Assembly: GCA_036499125.1 (NCBI GenBank)
Contig: DASYEH010000014.1
Coordinates: forward strand, 187,398 to 251,397
Source: Gemmatimonadales bacterium
Lineage (GTDB): Bacteria; Gemmatimonadota; Gemmatimonadetes; Gemmatimonadales; GWC2-71-9
Direction: 5' to 3'
DNA: 64,000 bases
The first letter of the stretch is position 1. The number at the start of each line of letters is the position of its first letter. The notes beneath the pieces were generated by a model. It did no database searches and was not told the DNA's origin. It was given only the letters and a program-made list of their open reading frames with translations. Shown here piece after piece: positions 35,163 through 45,524 of this stretch. The position numbers were made by a program, and so were the translations under genes.

Positions 35163-37505
35163 GTGGCGCGTTCCACGACTACCGCCGCGCCAACGTGGGC
35201 GGCGGTGGTCGTCGCCCTGATTGCGCTCGGTGGATATGTCGTGACGCTCGCGCCGCACCTGACCTTCTGGGATGCCGGCGAGTTCATCACCGCTGCACGC
35301 ACCCTCGGCATTCCGCATCCGCCGGGGACGCCGCTCTATGTGCTCCTGGCTCACGTGTGGGGGCTGTTGCCGCTGGGCGAATACGCCGAGCGGATCAACC
35401 TGTTCAGTGCAGTGTGCAGCGCGGCTGCGTGCGGTCTCTGGTTCCTGGTCGCGCAGGACATTGTCTGGCGGATGCATCCCGACGCCGACGATGCGTCGCG
35501 CCGAGTGCTGGCCATTGCGGGCGGGGCCTGCGCGGCACTCCTCGGCGCATTCACGTTCAGCGTCTGGCAGAATGCGACCGAGGCTGAGGTCTATGCGTCA
35601 GCGTCCGTCGGGATCGCCGCCGTCGCGTGGTGTGCGACGCAGTGGCGCAGCCAGCGGGAAACAGGGAGCGGGGCACCGCAGCTGTTGTTGATTGGATACC
35701 TGCTGGCGTTGCTGGTTGCCGACCACATGATGGGGTTGCTGGTCGGGCCGGCGGCGATCGCACTGCTCTTGGCGGAGCGGCGCTGCCGGCCGCTGACGAG
35801 CGAAAGTGCAGCGCGGGCGGAGCTGGCGCGCATCGCATTGCTCGGGGCTGCGTGGGTGATGATCGTGGCGATCGGGTTGGCGTACGGTGCGTTGGTTATC
35901 GTCGGGTTGGTGATGCTCGCGCTCGCGACGGCGTTTGCGTGGCGGCAGGGCGAGCGCGCAATGGCCGCAGCGATGATCGCCGTGGTGCTGGTCGGCGTGT
36001 CGGCGCTGCTTTTCCTGCTGGTACGGGGCCGAGAGCATCCGCTGCTCGATCAGGGCAATCCGGGGAACTGGCACAACTTGATCGCGGCGATCTCGCGGGC
36101 GCAGTATCCGCCGCGCACGCCGTTCGATGATCCGACGGTGATGCACGGTGCCGGCAACCCCGGCCGCACCTTGACGCTCCTGGTCTACCAGCTCGGCAAC
36201 TTCGCGCAGTACTTCGACTGGCAATGGGCCCGGTCGCTGGGCGACCCGTCTCGCCCGTCGATCCCGCGCCTGGCGATCACGCTGGCCATGGCCACGCTGG
36301 GCATTCGTGGCGCCTTTGCGCACCGGCGCCGAGACCCGGCGTCGTTCGCGATGATCATGACGCTCTTCCTGGTCGCTGGGCCAGTGCTGGTCCTCTACCT
36401 CAACTTCAAGCCTGGACCTTCGATCGGCTGGAACGTCTGGGCGCGCGGCCTCGACCACGAGGTCCGCGACCGCGACTACTTCTTTGTGGCGAGTTTCGTC
36501 GCGTGGTCAATCTGGGTCGGGATTGCCCTGGCCGATGCGGTGCGCCACTGGGCGCCGCGTCTTGCCGCGCGACATCGTGGGTGGGCGTTGGCGGTCTGCG
36601 GCGTGGCCGTCATTCCATTCGCGGGCAACTTCCGCGACGCCTCTCGACGGCTGACCGCCGAGTCCGACTTTCCGCGTGATTTCGGGCGAGCGCTATTGCA
36701 GTCGGTGCCGCCCGATGGGATCCTCTTCACCTATGGCGACAACGACACCTTCCCGCTCTGGTACCTGCAGCAGGTCGAAGGGGTGCGGCCCGATGTCACG
36801 GTGATCTGCCTCGCGCTCACGCAGGCCAACTGGTACATCAGCCAGCTTCGCGACATGCCTCACGTTGATGCCACCGACGGGATGCTCCCTGCCATCTGGC
36901 AGCACGCGGCCCGACCGGCGGTGAACTGGCCCGTCCATCCGATGAGCGATTCTGCCATCGACGCGTTCGTCCCCTATCTCGCCATTCGCCGCGAAGAGCT
37001 TGACCTGCCGCCCTACGGACAAGCGATCGTGCCGGTCGGTGCCGCGGTCGAGCCGCTGGACCTCACGCTCTTCGCGATCCTCCGCACCAACGCCGGTCGC
37101 CGGCCGGTAGCGTGGGCGCTCTCGGCCGACGACGCGCTACACGGGCTGGGCTCGGGGCTGGTACAGCAAGGGATGGTCTACGTAATGCCAATCGACCCGG
37201 TCGACAGCGCGAACCTCATCGGCGGCGCAGCGGCTGGGACCAACGGCATTCCGCTGGATGTCACGACCACGCGAACCCTGGTCGACCAGGTCTGGCACTT
37301 CGGCAAGCTGGAAACGGAAGGGGACGCCAGCCTGGATCCGAATATCCGGGCCGTTGCGATGACCGCCACGCAGGCGATTACCCAGGTCGGGCTGGCGCTG
37401 GCGATGCGAGGCGATACGGTCGCCGCCGTGGCTGAACTGCGGCGCGCCAAGCGCATTTCCGGTGACTCGCTGGCGGTGGCGACGTTGGTGAGGTGGGGGC
37501 GGTAG
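35163..37505 (+). CDS. DUF2723 (glycosyltransferase-like, PMT/ArnT-type fold) polytopic membrane protein
   Basis: GTG 35163 lies just after the folP stop. The hallmark WDAGEFITAARTLGIPHPPGTPLYVLL, more than 10 hydrophobic helices, and a soluble C-terminal domain. Confidence 0.75.
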   Translation: MARSTTTAAPTWAAVVVALIALGGYVVTLAPHLTFWDAGEFITAARTLGIPHPPGTPLYVLLAHVWGLLPLGEYAERINLFSAVCSAAACGLWFLVAQDIVWRMHPDADDASRRVLAIAGGACAALLGAFTFSVWQNATEAEVYASASVGIAAVAWCATQWRSQRETGSGAPQLLLIGYLLALLVADHMMGLLVGPAAIALLLAERRCRPLTSESAARAELARIALLGAAWVMIVAIGLAYGALVIVGLVMLALATAFAWRQGERAMAAAMIAVVLVGVSALLFLLVRGREHPLLDQGNPGNWHNLIAAISRAQYPPRTPFDDPTVMHGAGNPGRTLTLLVYQLGNFAQYFDWQWARSLGDPSRPSIPRLAITLAMATLGIRGAFAHRRRDPASFAMIMTLFLVAGPVLVLYLNFKPGPSIGWNVWARGLDHEVRDRDYFFVASFVAWSIWVGIALADAVRHWAPRLAARHRGWALAVCGVAVIPFAGNFRDASRRLTAESDFPRDFGRALLQSVPPDGILFTYGDNDTFPLWYLQQVEGVRPDVTVICLALTQANWYISQLRDMPHVDATDGMLPAIWQHAARPAVNWPVHPMSDSAIDAFVPYLAIRREELDLPPYGQAIVPVGAAVEPLDLTLFAILRTNAGRRPVAWALSADDALHGLGSGLVQQGMVYVMPIDPVDSANLIGGAAAGTNGIPLDVTTTRTLVDQVWHFGKLETEGDASLDPNIRAVAMTATQAITQVGLALAMRGDTVAAVAELRRAKRISGDSLAVATLVRWGR

Positions 37506-37525
37506 GCCGACTATCTTTCTGGGTT

Positions 37526-38209
37526 ATGCCGGAACCCGCCTTTGCCAGCCATCTGGACCAGATACGGTCTGCTATTGCGGCTGAGCAGGAGGCCGGCGGC
37601 TGGACTCATCCGGTCCGCATTATTGCGGTGACCAAGACCCATGGCGCAGAGTCGGTACGCGAGGCTGCAGCGGCCGGGTTGGGTGATGTGGGTGAGAACC
37701 GGGTGCAGGAAGCGCTCGCCAAGCAGGATGCCTGTGCAGACGTCGCGGTCGACTGGCACCTGATCGGGTCACTCCAGCAGAACAAGGTCCGGCATGCGGC
37801 CGGACGGTTCTCGCTGATTCATTCAGTGGATCGTTCCGAACTTGGCGCAGAAATCGATCGCCGGACGCCATCTGGGATGATCCAGCGCGTGCTTGTGCAG
37901 GTGAACTGTTCCGGTGAGGCGCAAAAGGGCGGCGTCACGCCGGATCAGCTTGAACCACTGCTCGAGGCAATGCGCAGCATGCCGCACCTCACGGCGGTGG
38001 GGCTGATGACGATGGCCGCACTCACCGCCGACGTGAGCACCCAACGGCGCACCTTCGGGAGGCTGCGCACGGTGCGCGACGCGATGCAAGCGAGCGGGTA
38101 CATGCTGCCGGAGCTGTCGATGGGGATGTCGAACGATTTCGAGGCCGCCGTGGCGGAAGGCGCCACCATGGTGCGTCTCGGCACTCTTCTCTTCGGAGTA
38201 CGCGCGTGA
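37526..38209 (+). CDS. yggS: YggS-family pyridoxal-phosphate homeostasis protein
   Basis: Internal ATG 37526. IIAVTKTH (PLP lysine), GENRVQE, WHLIGSLQQNKV, SMGMSNDFEAA, VRLGTLLFG. Confidence 0.85.
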   Translation: MPEPAFASHLDQIRSAIAAEQEAGGWTHPVRIIAVTKTHGAESVREAAAAGLGDVGENRVQEALAKQDACADVAVDWHLIGSLQQNKVRHAAGRFSLIHSVDRSELGAEIDRRTPSGMIQRVLVQVNCSGEAQKGGVTPDQLEPLLEAMRSMPHLTAVGLMTMAALTADVSTQRRTFGRLRTVRDAMQASGYMLPELSMGMSNDFEAAVAEGATMVRLGTLLFGVRA

Positions 38210-38215
38210 AGCCTG

Positions 38216-41200
38216 GTGTTCGTGATGCCTGATCGTCCGACATGGCCCGAAGGCGGCGCCAATGAGCTGGAGCGCGAGCTGTTGCTGCAATGGCAGCGCG
38301 AGCAGCTCTTTGCGGCGGTCCAGGGTGCGACCGCCGGCGGCGAGCCGTGGGTCTTTTTCGAGGGTCCGCCAACGGCCAACGGTCGCCCCGGCATTCACCA
38401 CGTCTTTTCGCGGACCATCAAGGATATGGTGTGCCGCTATCACTCGATGCTCGGCCAGCGCGTCACGCGCATCGCGGGGTGGGATACCCATGGGCTGCCC
38501 GTCGAACTCGAAATCGAGAAGCAACTTGGCTTCAAGGGGAAGCAGGATATCGAGGCGTTCGGCGTCGCCGAGTTCAATCGGCGCTGCCTTGAGAGCGTCT
38601 TCACGTATCGCGACGAATGGGTCGATCTGTCGAACCGGATCGGCTACTGGCTCGACTACGATCACGCCTATGTGACCTGCACCAAGGAATACATCGAGTC
38701 GGTCTGGTGGCTGCTGCGTCAATTGCACGACAAGAACCTCCTCTATCGCGGCCACCGCGTCCTGCCGTATTGCCCGCGCTGCGGGACGACGCTGTCGAGT
38801 CACGAACTGGCACTCGGCTACGAGGAAGTGCGCGACAAGTCGGTCTACGTGACCTTTCCGCTCGCTGACGGCAGTGGCCGCGAACTGGTGATCTGGACCA
38901 CTACGCCGTGGACGTTGCCGAGCAATGTGGCGGTTGCCGTGAATCCTGAGCTCGAGTATGGGACGTGGCAGCTCAAGGATGGCCGCAAGCTGGTGGCGGC
39001 GGTCGAACGCGCGGCGGTGATCGAACTGATTGCTGGTGAAGGGAACGCGGCGCTGCTGTCGACCGAACTTGGCGCCGCACTGGTGGGCCAGCGATACACC
39101 CGTCCGCTCGACATCGTGCCGATGCCGGCCGACGGCGCCCACGAGATCGTCGTGGCGGGCGATTTCGTGACGGCCACCGATGGGTCGGGACTGGTGCACA
39201 TGGCACCGGCGTTCGGCGCCGACGACTACGCGGCTGGGAAGGCGAACAACCTGGCGCTGCTGCGGCCGATCGCCGCCGACGGAACGTTCAACGGCACCAC
39301 CTGGCCTGAACTCGAAGGCCTGCTCGTTACTGCCGACGCCACCAACGAGCTGATCATCCGCCGGCTCAAGGAGTTGGGGCGGCACCTGCGTACCGAGCAG
39401 TACGTGCACAGCTATCCGCATTGCTGGCGGTGCCGGAGCAAGCTGCTCTACCTGGCGCGTGATTCATGGTTTGTGCGGACCTCCGAGATCAAGGAGCGGA
39501 TGTCGGCGCTGAATCGTGATATCGCCTGGCATCCGCCGGAAACGGGGAGCGGACGCTTTGGCGAATGGCTGAGCAACAACATCGACTGGGCGCTGTCGCG
39601 GGAACGTTACTGGGGCACGCCGCTACCGATCTGGGTCAACGATCGCGATCCGTCGCAGATCGAGGTGATCGGGTCATTCGCGGAGCTGCAGGAAAAGACC
39701 GGCGTGCTTCCGGCGAGCGACCTTGACGTACACAAGCCGTGGGTCGACGCCTACACCTGGGTCGCTGCCGACGGCGGGACCATGCGGCGCGTGCCCGAGG
39801 TGATCGACACCTGGTTTGACTCCGGGTCGATGCCGTACGCGCAGTGGCACTATCCGTTCGAGAACGCCGACCGCTTCGCGACGCACTTTCCGGCAGACTA
39901 CATCTGCGAGGGGATCGACCAGACCCGTGGCTGGTTCTATTCGCTGCTGGCGATCGGGACAGCCGTGTTCGACCAGGCGCCCTACCGCAACGTGATCGTC
40001 AACGAACTGGTCCTTGATGTCCAGGGCCAGAAAATGTCGAAGAGCCGCGGCAACGCGGTCAATCCGTGGGACGTGATTGAGCAGCATGGCGCCGATGCCG
40101 CGCGACTCTACCTGGTGATGTCGAGCCAGGTGTGGCAGCCGAAGCGCTTCGACCCGGAGCAGCTCAAGGAAACGGCCGGCCGCTTCCTGATCACGCTGCG
40201 CAATACCTATCAGTTCTTTGCGCTGTACGCTGGCGAGAGTGGTGCGGCGCCGCCAGTTGGTGATCGGCCACTCACCGATCGCTGGATCCTCGGCCGGCTC
40301 GATGCGACGACCGCAGCAGTGCGTGCCGCGTTCGACAGCTACGACGTCACCGCCGCGACGCGGGCGATCGCCGAGTTTGTCGATGCGGACCTGTCGAACT
40401 GGTACGTGCGGCTCAACCGCGGCCGATTCTGGGCGCCCGACGGATCCGCTGACGCGGCCGCCGTGGCCACGCTTGAGGAAGTGCTGATCACCACGGCTCG
40501 CCTCCTGGCACCGGCAGCACCGTTCGCGAGTGACTGGCTCCACCGGGCGCTCACTGGAACTTCGGTGCACCTGGCGCCGTTCCCGGTCGAGGCCGGACGC
40601 CTCGACCCCGAACTCGATCGGGCCATGGATGCGATTCGTCGCTTGGCATCGCTCGGTCGATCGGCGCGGGAATCGGCGACGCTGCGCGTGCGACAGCCCC
40701 TGGCTGCGTTGCGGGTGGCCGTACCCGAAGCCGCTCGGAATGACATGTTGACCGCACTGCTGCCGATGTTGGCCAGCGAGACCAACGTCAAGCGAGTGGA
40801 AGTGGTGGTGTCTGACGCGGACCTGGTGCGACTGCGCGGCAAGGCCAACTTCCGCACCCTCGGCAAGCGGTTTGGTGGCCAGGTCAAAGCCGCCGCAGCT
40901 GCGGTCCTGGGGCTCGATCGGGATCAGCTCCAGCAGCTGGAGCGCGGCGAGTCGGTCCAGGCGATGGTTGATGGTTCGCTGGCAGAACTGCTGCCTGAGG
41001 ATGTCGTGATCGAGCGTGAGGTCGCGACCGACTGGCCGGTGGCGAGTGAAGGGCCATTCGTCGTGGCGCTTGACCCGGTGGTCACGCCGGCGTTGGCGCA
41101 GGAAGGCCTGGCACGTGAACTCGTCAACCGGATCCAGCGACTGCGCAAGGAGACCGGCTACGATGTCTCCACGCGCATTGCGGTCGGGATCGAAGGTGAC

Positions 41201-41404
41201 GCCGAGGTGTTGGCGGCCGCCGCGACCCATGAGGGATACATCGGCCGCGAAACGTTGGCCCGGCAGGTAACGGTAGGTGCAGCACTGGACCCAGCCGATC
41301 GGCGCGAGTCGATCACGATCGATGCGTACACAGCCGCGCTGACCGTGCGGCGTCTCGGGGACGGCCAGACCCTTTCTGGCCCCGCACATTCGGAAGCCAT
41401 GTGA
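38216..41404 (+). CDS. ileS: Isoleucine--tRNA ligase (type 2)
   Basis: PPTANGRPGIHHV (HIGH), KMSKSRGN (KMSKS), a CP1 editing insert, GWDTHGLP, and 1062 aa in length. Confidence 0.95.
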   Translation: MFVMPDRPTWPEGGANELERELLLQWQREQLFAAVQGATAGGEPWVFFEGPPTANGRPGIHHVFSRTIKDMVCRYHSMLGQRVTRIAGWDTHGLPVELEIEKQLGFKGKQDIEAFGVAEFNRRCLESVFTYRDEWVDLSNRIGYWLDYDHAYVTCTKEYIESVWWLLRQLHDKNLLYRGHRVLPYCPRCGTTLSSHELALGYEEVRDKSVYVTFPLADGSGRELVIWTTTPWTLPSNVAVAVNPELEYGTWQLKDGRKLVAAVERAAVIELIAGEGNAALLSTELGAALVGQRYTRPLDIVPMPADGAHEIVVAGDFVTATDGSGLVHMAPAFGADDYAAGKANNLALLRPIAADGTFNGTTWPELEGLLVTADATNELIIRRLKELGRHLRTEQYVHSYPHCWRCRSKLLYLARDSWFVRTSEIKERMSALNRDIAWHPPETGSGRFGEWLSNNIDWALSRERYWGTPLPIWVNDRDPSQIEVIGSFAELQEKTGVLPASDLDVHKPWVDAYTWVAADGGTMRRVPEVIDTWFDSGSMPYAQWHYPFENADRFATHFPADYICEGIDQTRGWFYSLLAIGTAVFDQAPYRNVIVNELVLDVQGQKMSKSRGNAVNPWDVIEQHGADAARLYLVMSSQVWQPKRFDPEQLKETAGRFLITLRNTYQFFALYAGESGAAPPVGDRPLTDRWILGRLDATTAAVRAAFDSYDVTAATRAIAEFVDADLSNWYVRLNRGRFWAPDGSADAAAVATLEEVLITTARLLAPAAPFASDWLHRALTGTSVHLAPFPVEAGRLDPELDRAMDAIRRLASLGRSARESATLRVRQPLAALRVAVPEAARNDMLTALLPMLASETNVKRVEVVVSDADLVRLRGKANFRTLGKRFGGQVKAAAAAVLGLDRDQLQQLERGESVQAMVDGSLAELLPEDVVIEREVATDWPVASEGPFVVALDPVVTPALAQEGLARELVNRIQRLRKETGYDVSTRIAVGIEGDAEVLAAAATHEGYIGRETLARQVTVGAALDPADRRESITIDAYTAALTVRRLGDGQTLSGPAHSEAM

Positions 41405-41784
41405 CCAAGACCCAGCTCAAGCACCTCGAGAAGCGCCTCCTCGAGGAGCGGGCCCGCGTGATGAAGGAACTCGGCTACTACGACGAGTCCTTCAACGCGA
41501 CATTGCAGTCGTCCGACGGCGACCTGTCGTCGTACTCGTTTCACATGGCCGACCAGGGCACCGACGCAATGGAACGCGAGAAGCAGTTCCTCTTCGCGTC
41601 CCAGGAAGGGCGGTACCTCTGGCACATCAACGAAGCGCTCCGGCGGATGTACAACCAGCCGGACAAGTTCGGACACTGTCATCAGTGCGGCGTGGAAATC
41701 GAGTTTGATCGCCTCGATGCACTACCGCACGCGCGGCTCTGCATTTCGTGCAAGGAAAAGGAAGAGGATGCCAAGCGGCGGTGA
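41401..41784 (+). CDS. DksA/TraR-family C4-type zinc-finger protein
   Basis: GTGA overlap with the ileS stop. Coiled-coil N-terminus and CHQCGVEIEFDRLDALPHARLCISC, a four-Cys finger. Confidence 0.8.
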   Translation: MTKTQLKHLEKRLLEERARVMKELGYYDESFNATLQSSDGDLSSYSFHMADQGTDAMEREKQFLFASQEGRYLWHINEALRRMYNQPDKFGHCHQCGVEIEFDRLDALPHARLCISCKEKEEDAKRR

Positions 41785-42274
41785 AGGGCGCCGCCCGTTC
41801 TGGGCGGTGATCGTGCTGGTGGTCATCCTTGACCGGATCACCAAGCTGCTGGCGGTGGCCCATCTGGCGGGCCAGCCGCGCAACGTGCTTGGCGACACGG
41901 TGCAGCTGCGGCTGGTCTTCAATCAGGCCGCGGCCTTTGGCCTGAGCCTCGGCAGTTTCCAGCGCTGGCTTTTCCTGGGCATCGCTGTCGCCGCGATCGT
42001 CTGGCTCTATACGGCGTCGCGGCAGGCATCGGCGACTGACTGGCTGCGGCAGTGGTCGGTGGCGCTGGTGGCCGGGGGTGCGGCGGGTAATGCGGTCGAT
42101 CGGATTCTCTCGGCGCGCGGGGTGGTGGATTTCATCGACGTGGGCCTCGGTGCGTTGCGCTGGCCGACGTTCAATGTGGCCGACATTGCCGTGACCTGCG
42201 GCGCGGTGGCGCTTGCCTTCTCGCTCTGGCGCGAGGACTCGCGTCGCGCGGCCGCTGCGGCGACGGCGCCTTGA
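41768..42274 (+). CDS. lspA: Lipoprotein signal peptidase (signal peptidase II)
   Basis: Internal ATG 41768. ILDRITK, FNQAAAFG, GAAGNAVDRI, VVDFID, FNVADIAV. The ileS...lspA linkage is conserved. Confidence 0.85.
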   Translation: MPSGGEGRRPFWAVIVLVVILDRITKLLAVAHLAGQPRNVLGDTVQLRLVFNQAAAFGLSLGSFQRWLFLGIAVAAIVWLYTASRQASATDWLRQWSVALVAGGAAGNAVDRILSARGVVDFIDVGLGALRWPTFNVADIAVTCGAVALAFSLWREDSRRAAAAATAP

Positions 42275-42284
42275 TCGGCGCACC

Positions 42285-43283
42285 ATGATCTTCTCGGTCG
42301 CCGTCCCGGCTACCGAACGGCTCGACCGCTTCCTGGCCGACCAACTTGGCATGTCGCGGACTCAATCCGCGCGACTGGTCGCCGAAGGATGCGTTGCCGT
42401 GGCTGGTAAAGCCGCGCGGGCGTCGCGGACGATGGTGTATCAGGAAGTGGTCGACATCACTGAGCCGGATCGTCCGCCACCGCGTCAGTTCATGCCGCGG
42501 GAGCTGGACCTGTCGGTCGTGTATGAGGACGAACACCTGGCGGTGATCGACAAGCCCGCTGGACTCGTCGTTCATCCGGCGCCCGGTCATTGGGACGACA
42601 CCCTCGTCAACGCCCTGGTCGCCCGCGGCACGACGCTCGCTGGCGGCGCGGAAGGGCGGCCCGGCATTGTCCATCGGCTCGACCGCGACACGTCGGGACT
42701 GATCCTGGTGGCCAAGAGCGAAGTCGCGCATCGCAAGCTGAGCGCAATGATCGCGGCCCGCCGCGTCACCCGGGTCTATGCGGCGCTGATCTGGGGGCAC
42801 CTCGACGCCAGCCCGCTCGTCATTGATGCCCCGATCGCCCGCGACCTCCGGGACCGCAAGCGGATGGCGATACTAGCCGATGGCCGCCGGTCGCGGACCG
42901 ACGCCTTCGTGGCGGCCCGCCTGGGGTCGATGGATCTGGTTCGCCTCGAGCTGCACAGCGGCCGCACCCACCAGATCCGGGTCCACCTGGAGTCGGTTGG
43001 GCATCCGATTGTCGGCGACCCCGTCTACGCTGGCGGTGGGTCACGGCGGATTTCCGGACCGGAGCGGCTGGAAGCCCGGCGGTTGGAGGCGCTGGCGCCC
43101 CGGCAGGCGCTCCATGCGGCGCTTCTGGCGTTCCGCCACCCGATCACCGCCGAACCGCTTCGGGTAACCGCGCCGTGGCCGGCAGACCTCTGGCCGCTGC
43201 TGGAAGCCACCGTCGGGGCCGGGGTGGTTGCCGGCCGCGAGGTGGCGCTGCAGGCTCTGGGATTCTTCCCCGATGATGGCTGA
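42285..43283 (+). CDS. rluD: 23S rRNA pseudouridine synthase, RluD/RluA family
   Basis: Internal ATG 42285. S4 domain (RLDRFLADQLGMSRTQSARLV), catalytic HRLDRDTSGLILVAKS, and HQIRVH. Confidence 0.9.
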   Translation: MIFSVAVPATERLDRFLADQLGMSRTQSARLVAEGCVAVAGKAARASRTMVYQEVVDITEPDRPPPRQFMPRELDLSVVYEDEHLAVIDKPAGLVVHPAPGHWDDTLVNALVARGTTLAGGAEGRPGIVHRLDRDTSGLILVAKSEVAHRKLSAMIAARRVTRVYAALIWGHLDASPLVIDAPIARDLRDRKRMAILADGRRSRTDAFVAARLGSMDLVRLELHSGRTHQIRVHLESVGHPIVGDPVYAGGGSRRISGPERLEARRLEALAPRQALHAALLAFRHPITAEPLRVTAPWPADLWPLLEATVGAGVVAGREVALQALGFFPDDG

Positions 43284-43638
43284 GGCCGGTGCGGGGATCA
43301 GCGGTATCGTGGTCCAGTCCATGGGGTCGCGTTGGCTGGTGCCGGTTGCAAGCGTGATTGAGGTGCTCCGCGACGCCCGGCTGATCCGGGTTCCCGGCGG
43401 GGTGCCGGCCGTCCGGGGGCTGGCCAATCACCGGGGGCGGATCCTGACGGTCGCTGATCCGATCCGGGCGCTGGAGCTCCCTGGCGACAGCGGAGCGGCC
43501 CGGGAAGTGGTGGTAGTAGAGTGGGCCGGACGCCGGTTCGGGCTGGCGGTGGACGGCGTGGTGGAGCTGGGCCGCGAGGCGCGCACGGGCCTTGCAGAAA
43601 TCGACCTCGAACGGATCGCAGCGGCAATCTTTGCCTGA
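43273..43638 (+). CDS. cheW: Chemotaxis coupling protein CheW
   Basis: Internal ATG 43273, overlapping the rluD end by 11 nt. IRVPGGVPAVRGLANHRGRILTVADP and FGLAVDGVVEL match the CheW-like domain. Confidence 0.8.
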   Translation: MMAEAGAGISGIVVQSMGSRWLVPVASVIEVLRDARLIRVPGGVPAVRGLANHRGRILTVADPIRALELPGDSGAAREVVVVEWAGRRFGLAVDGVVELGREARTGLAEIDLERIAAAIFA

Positions 43639-43654
43639 CGACTCTGGGGGAACA

Positions 43655-44020
43655 ATGGGACAACGGATCCTGATCTGTGACGATGCGATCTTCATGCGGA
43701 CGATGATCGCGGACATTCTCACCGGCGCCGGTTACGAAGTGGCCGGCGAAGCGGAAAGCGGGCTGCAGGCGGTCGAGCGCTACAAGAGCGTGAAACCGGA
43801 CCTGGTCACGATGGATATCGTGATGCCCGACATGGGCGGCATCGATGCGGTCAAGGCGATCGTCGCCGCCGACCCGAACGCCCGGATCCTGATGTGCAGC
43901 GCCATGGGTCAGCAATCGCTGGTGGTCGAGGCGATCCAGGCCGGCGCCAAGGATTTTGTGGTCAAGCCGTTCCAGCCGGCCCGGGTCCTCGAGGCCGTTC
44001 AGCGCGTCCTGGCGGGATGA
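43655..44020 (+). CDS. cheY: Chemotaxis response regulator CheY (single receiver domain)
   Basis: GGGGG RBS before ATG 43655. ILICDDAIFMR, phospho-acceptor DLVTMDIVMPDMGG, SAMG, and FVVKPF. Confidence 0.9.
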   Translation: MGQRILICDDAIFMRTMIADILTGAGYEVAGEAESGLQAVERYKSVKPDLVTMDIVMPDMGGIDAVKAIVAADPNARILMCSAMGQQSLVVEAIQAGAKDFVVKPFQPARVLEAVQRVLAG

Positions 44021-45522
44021 CTGACGCGCGGCGCGCCCGGTACGTCGCGCTCTTCGCGACCGAAGCGCGCTCGCTGTTGAGCGGTGCGCGTCGTGCGCTC
44101 GATCGGTGGCACGACAACCCCGACGATGCCGATCCGGCTGAAGAAATTTTCCGGGCGCTGCATACCGTCAAGGGAATGGCCGCCTCGCTGGAGTTTGCTG
44201 AGGCCGCCGAACTGGTCCACGCCACTGAGTCCACCCTGAGCGACGTCCGGCGCGGCGACACCGCTGTCACTACCGCCTGGCTTCACGATTTCGCCATCGA
44301 GCTTGATGCGGTCACGGCCAGCTGCGAGCGGGCGGTGGACGACGCCGGTGGCACGCCGGTCGCGGCGAACTCGTCGGCCCCCCGAGGTCCGCGCATCGTC
44401 CGCGTCGACCTCGATCGCCTCGACGCACTGATGGCCGACCTCGGCGGGCTGGTCACTGCACGGCAGGAACTGGAGCGTCGTGCCGACGCCGACGCGCTGT
44501 CGCCCATCGCGCAGGCAGCAATGCAGATGGCGCGGCGGCTCGATACGCTGCAAGCGCGCATCCTGGATGTCCGCCTGGCGCCGCTCGCCGAGGTGCTTGA
44601 GCGGGCACCACCGCTGGTGCGTGACGTCGCGCGCCAGTTGGGGAAGGATGTGCAGGTCGACATCACGGGCGACACGCTCGAAGTCGACCGCGCCATCCTC
44701 GATCAGCTCGCCGAGCCGCTGCTGCACCTGCTGCGCAACGCCGTCGATCACGGCATCGAAACGCCCGAGGTGCGTCGGGCAGCCGGCAAGCGCCCGGTGG
44801 GACGCATCGCGGTCGCGGCACGCCAGGACGGCGACGCGGTTGTCCTGGAAATCACCGACGATGGCCGCGGCGTCGATCGCGAGGCCGTGGCTGCTCGCGC
44901 CCGCGCCCTGGGGATGCTTGATGCCGATGCCACGCTCACCGATGACGGTCTCCTCGGCCTGCTTGAGCGGCCGGGCTTCTCGACCGCGTCGAGAGTCACC
45001 GATATCTCCGGCCGCGGCGTCGGCCTCGATGTCGTGGTCGCGCGGATGCGCGACATCGGCGCGTCGCTGACGCTCACCACTGTGCTCGGGCACGGCACCG
45101 TCTTTTCCTTGCGACTGCCGACGCGGCTCGGGATCGTCCGTGCCCTGGTCACCCGCGTGGGTGACGAACGGTACGTCATGCCATTGATGCACGTGGTCGA
45201 ACTGGTGCCGTGGGCACGCGAGCTGGTGACTCAAGTGAACGGTCGCGCAACTCTGCGGGTGCACGATCAGGACCTGCCGATCGTGGACTTGCGGCGCCTG
45301 GTGCAGTTTCGCGGTGACGACGCGCCGGCGCACCGTCCGGCAATCGTGGTCGAGGCGAACGGTCAGCGAATGGCGTTGCTGACCGACGCGATCCTCGGCC
45401 AGGTGGACGCTGTGGTGCAGGCAATCGACCGACCGGCGGGGCTGGCGCGCTGGATTACCGGCGCAACGGTGCTGGATGACGGGCGGCCAGCGTTGTTGAT
45501 GGATCTGGCGAGTGTGGTGTGA
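44017..45522 (+). CDS. cheA: Chemotaxis histidine kinase CheA
   Basis: ATGA overlap with cheY. HPt HTVKGMAASL, N-box HLLRNAVDHGIE, G1 DDGRGVD, G2 GRGVGLDVV, and a C-terminal CheW-like domain. Confidence 0.9.
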   Translation: MTDARRARYVALFATEARSLLSGARRALDRWHDNPDDADPAEEIFRALHTVKGMAASLEFAEAAELVHATESTLSDVRRGDTAVTTAWLHDFAIELDAVTASCERAVDDAGGTPVAANSSAPRGPRIVRVDLDRLDALMADLGGLVTARQELERRADADALSPIAQAAMQMARRLDTLQARILDVRLAPLAEVLERAPPLVRDVARQLGKDVQVDITGDTLEVDRAILDQLAEPLLHLLRNAVDHGIETPEVRRAAGKRPVGRIAVAARQDGDAVVLEITDDGRGVDREAVAARARALGMLDADATLTDDGLLGLLERPGFSTASRVTDISGRGVGLDVVVARMRDIGASLTLTTVLGHGTVFSLRLPTRLGIVRALVTRVGDERYVMPLMHVVELVPWARELVTQVNGRATLRVHDQDLPIVDLRRLVQFRGDDAPAHRPAIVVEANGQRMALLTDAILGQVDAVVQAIDRPAGLARWITGATVLDDGRPALLMDLASVV

Positions 45523-45524
45523 TG

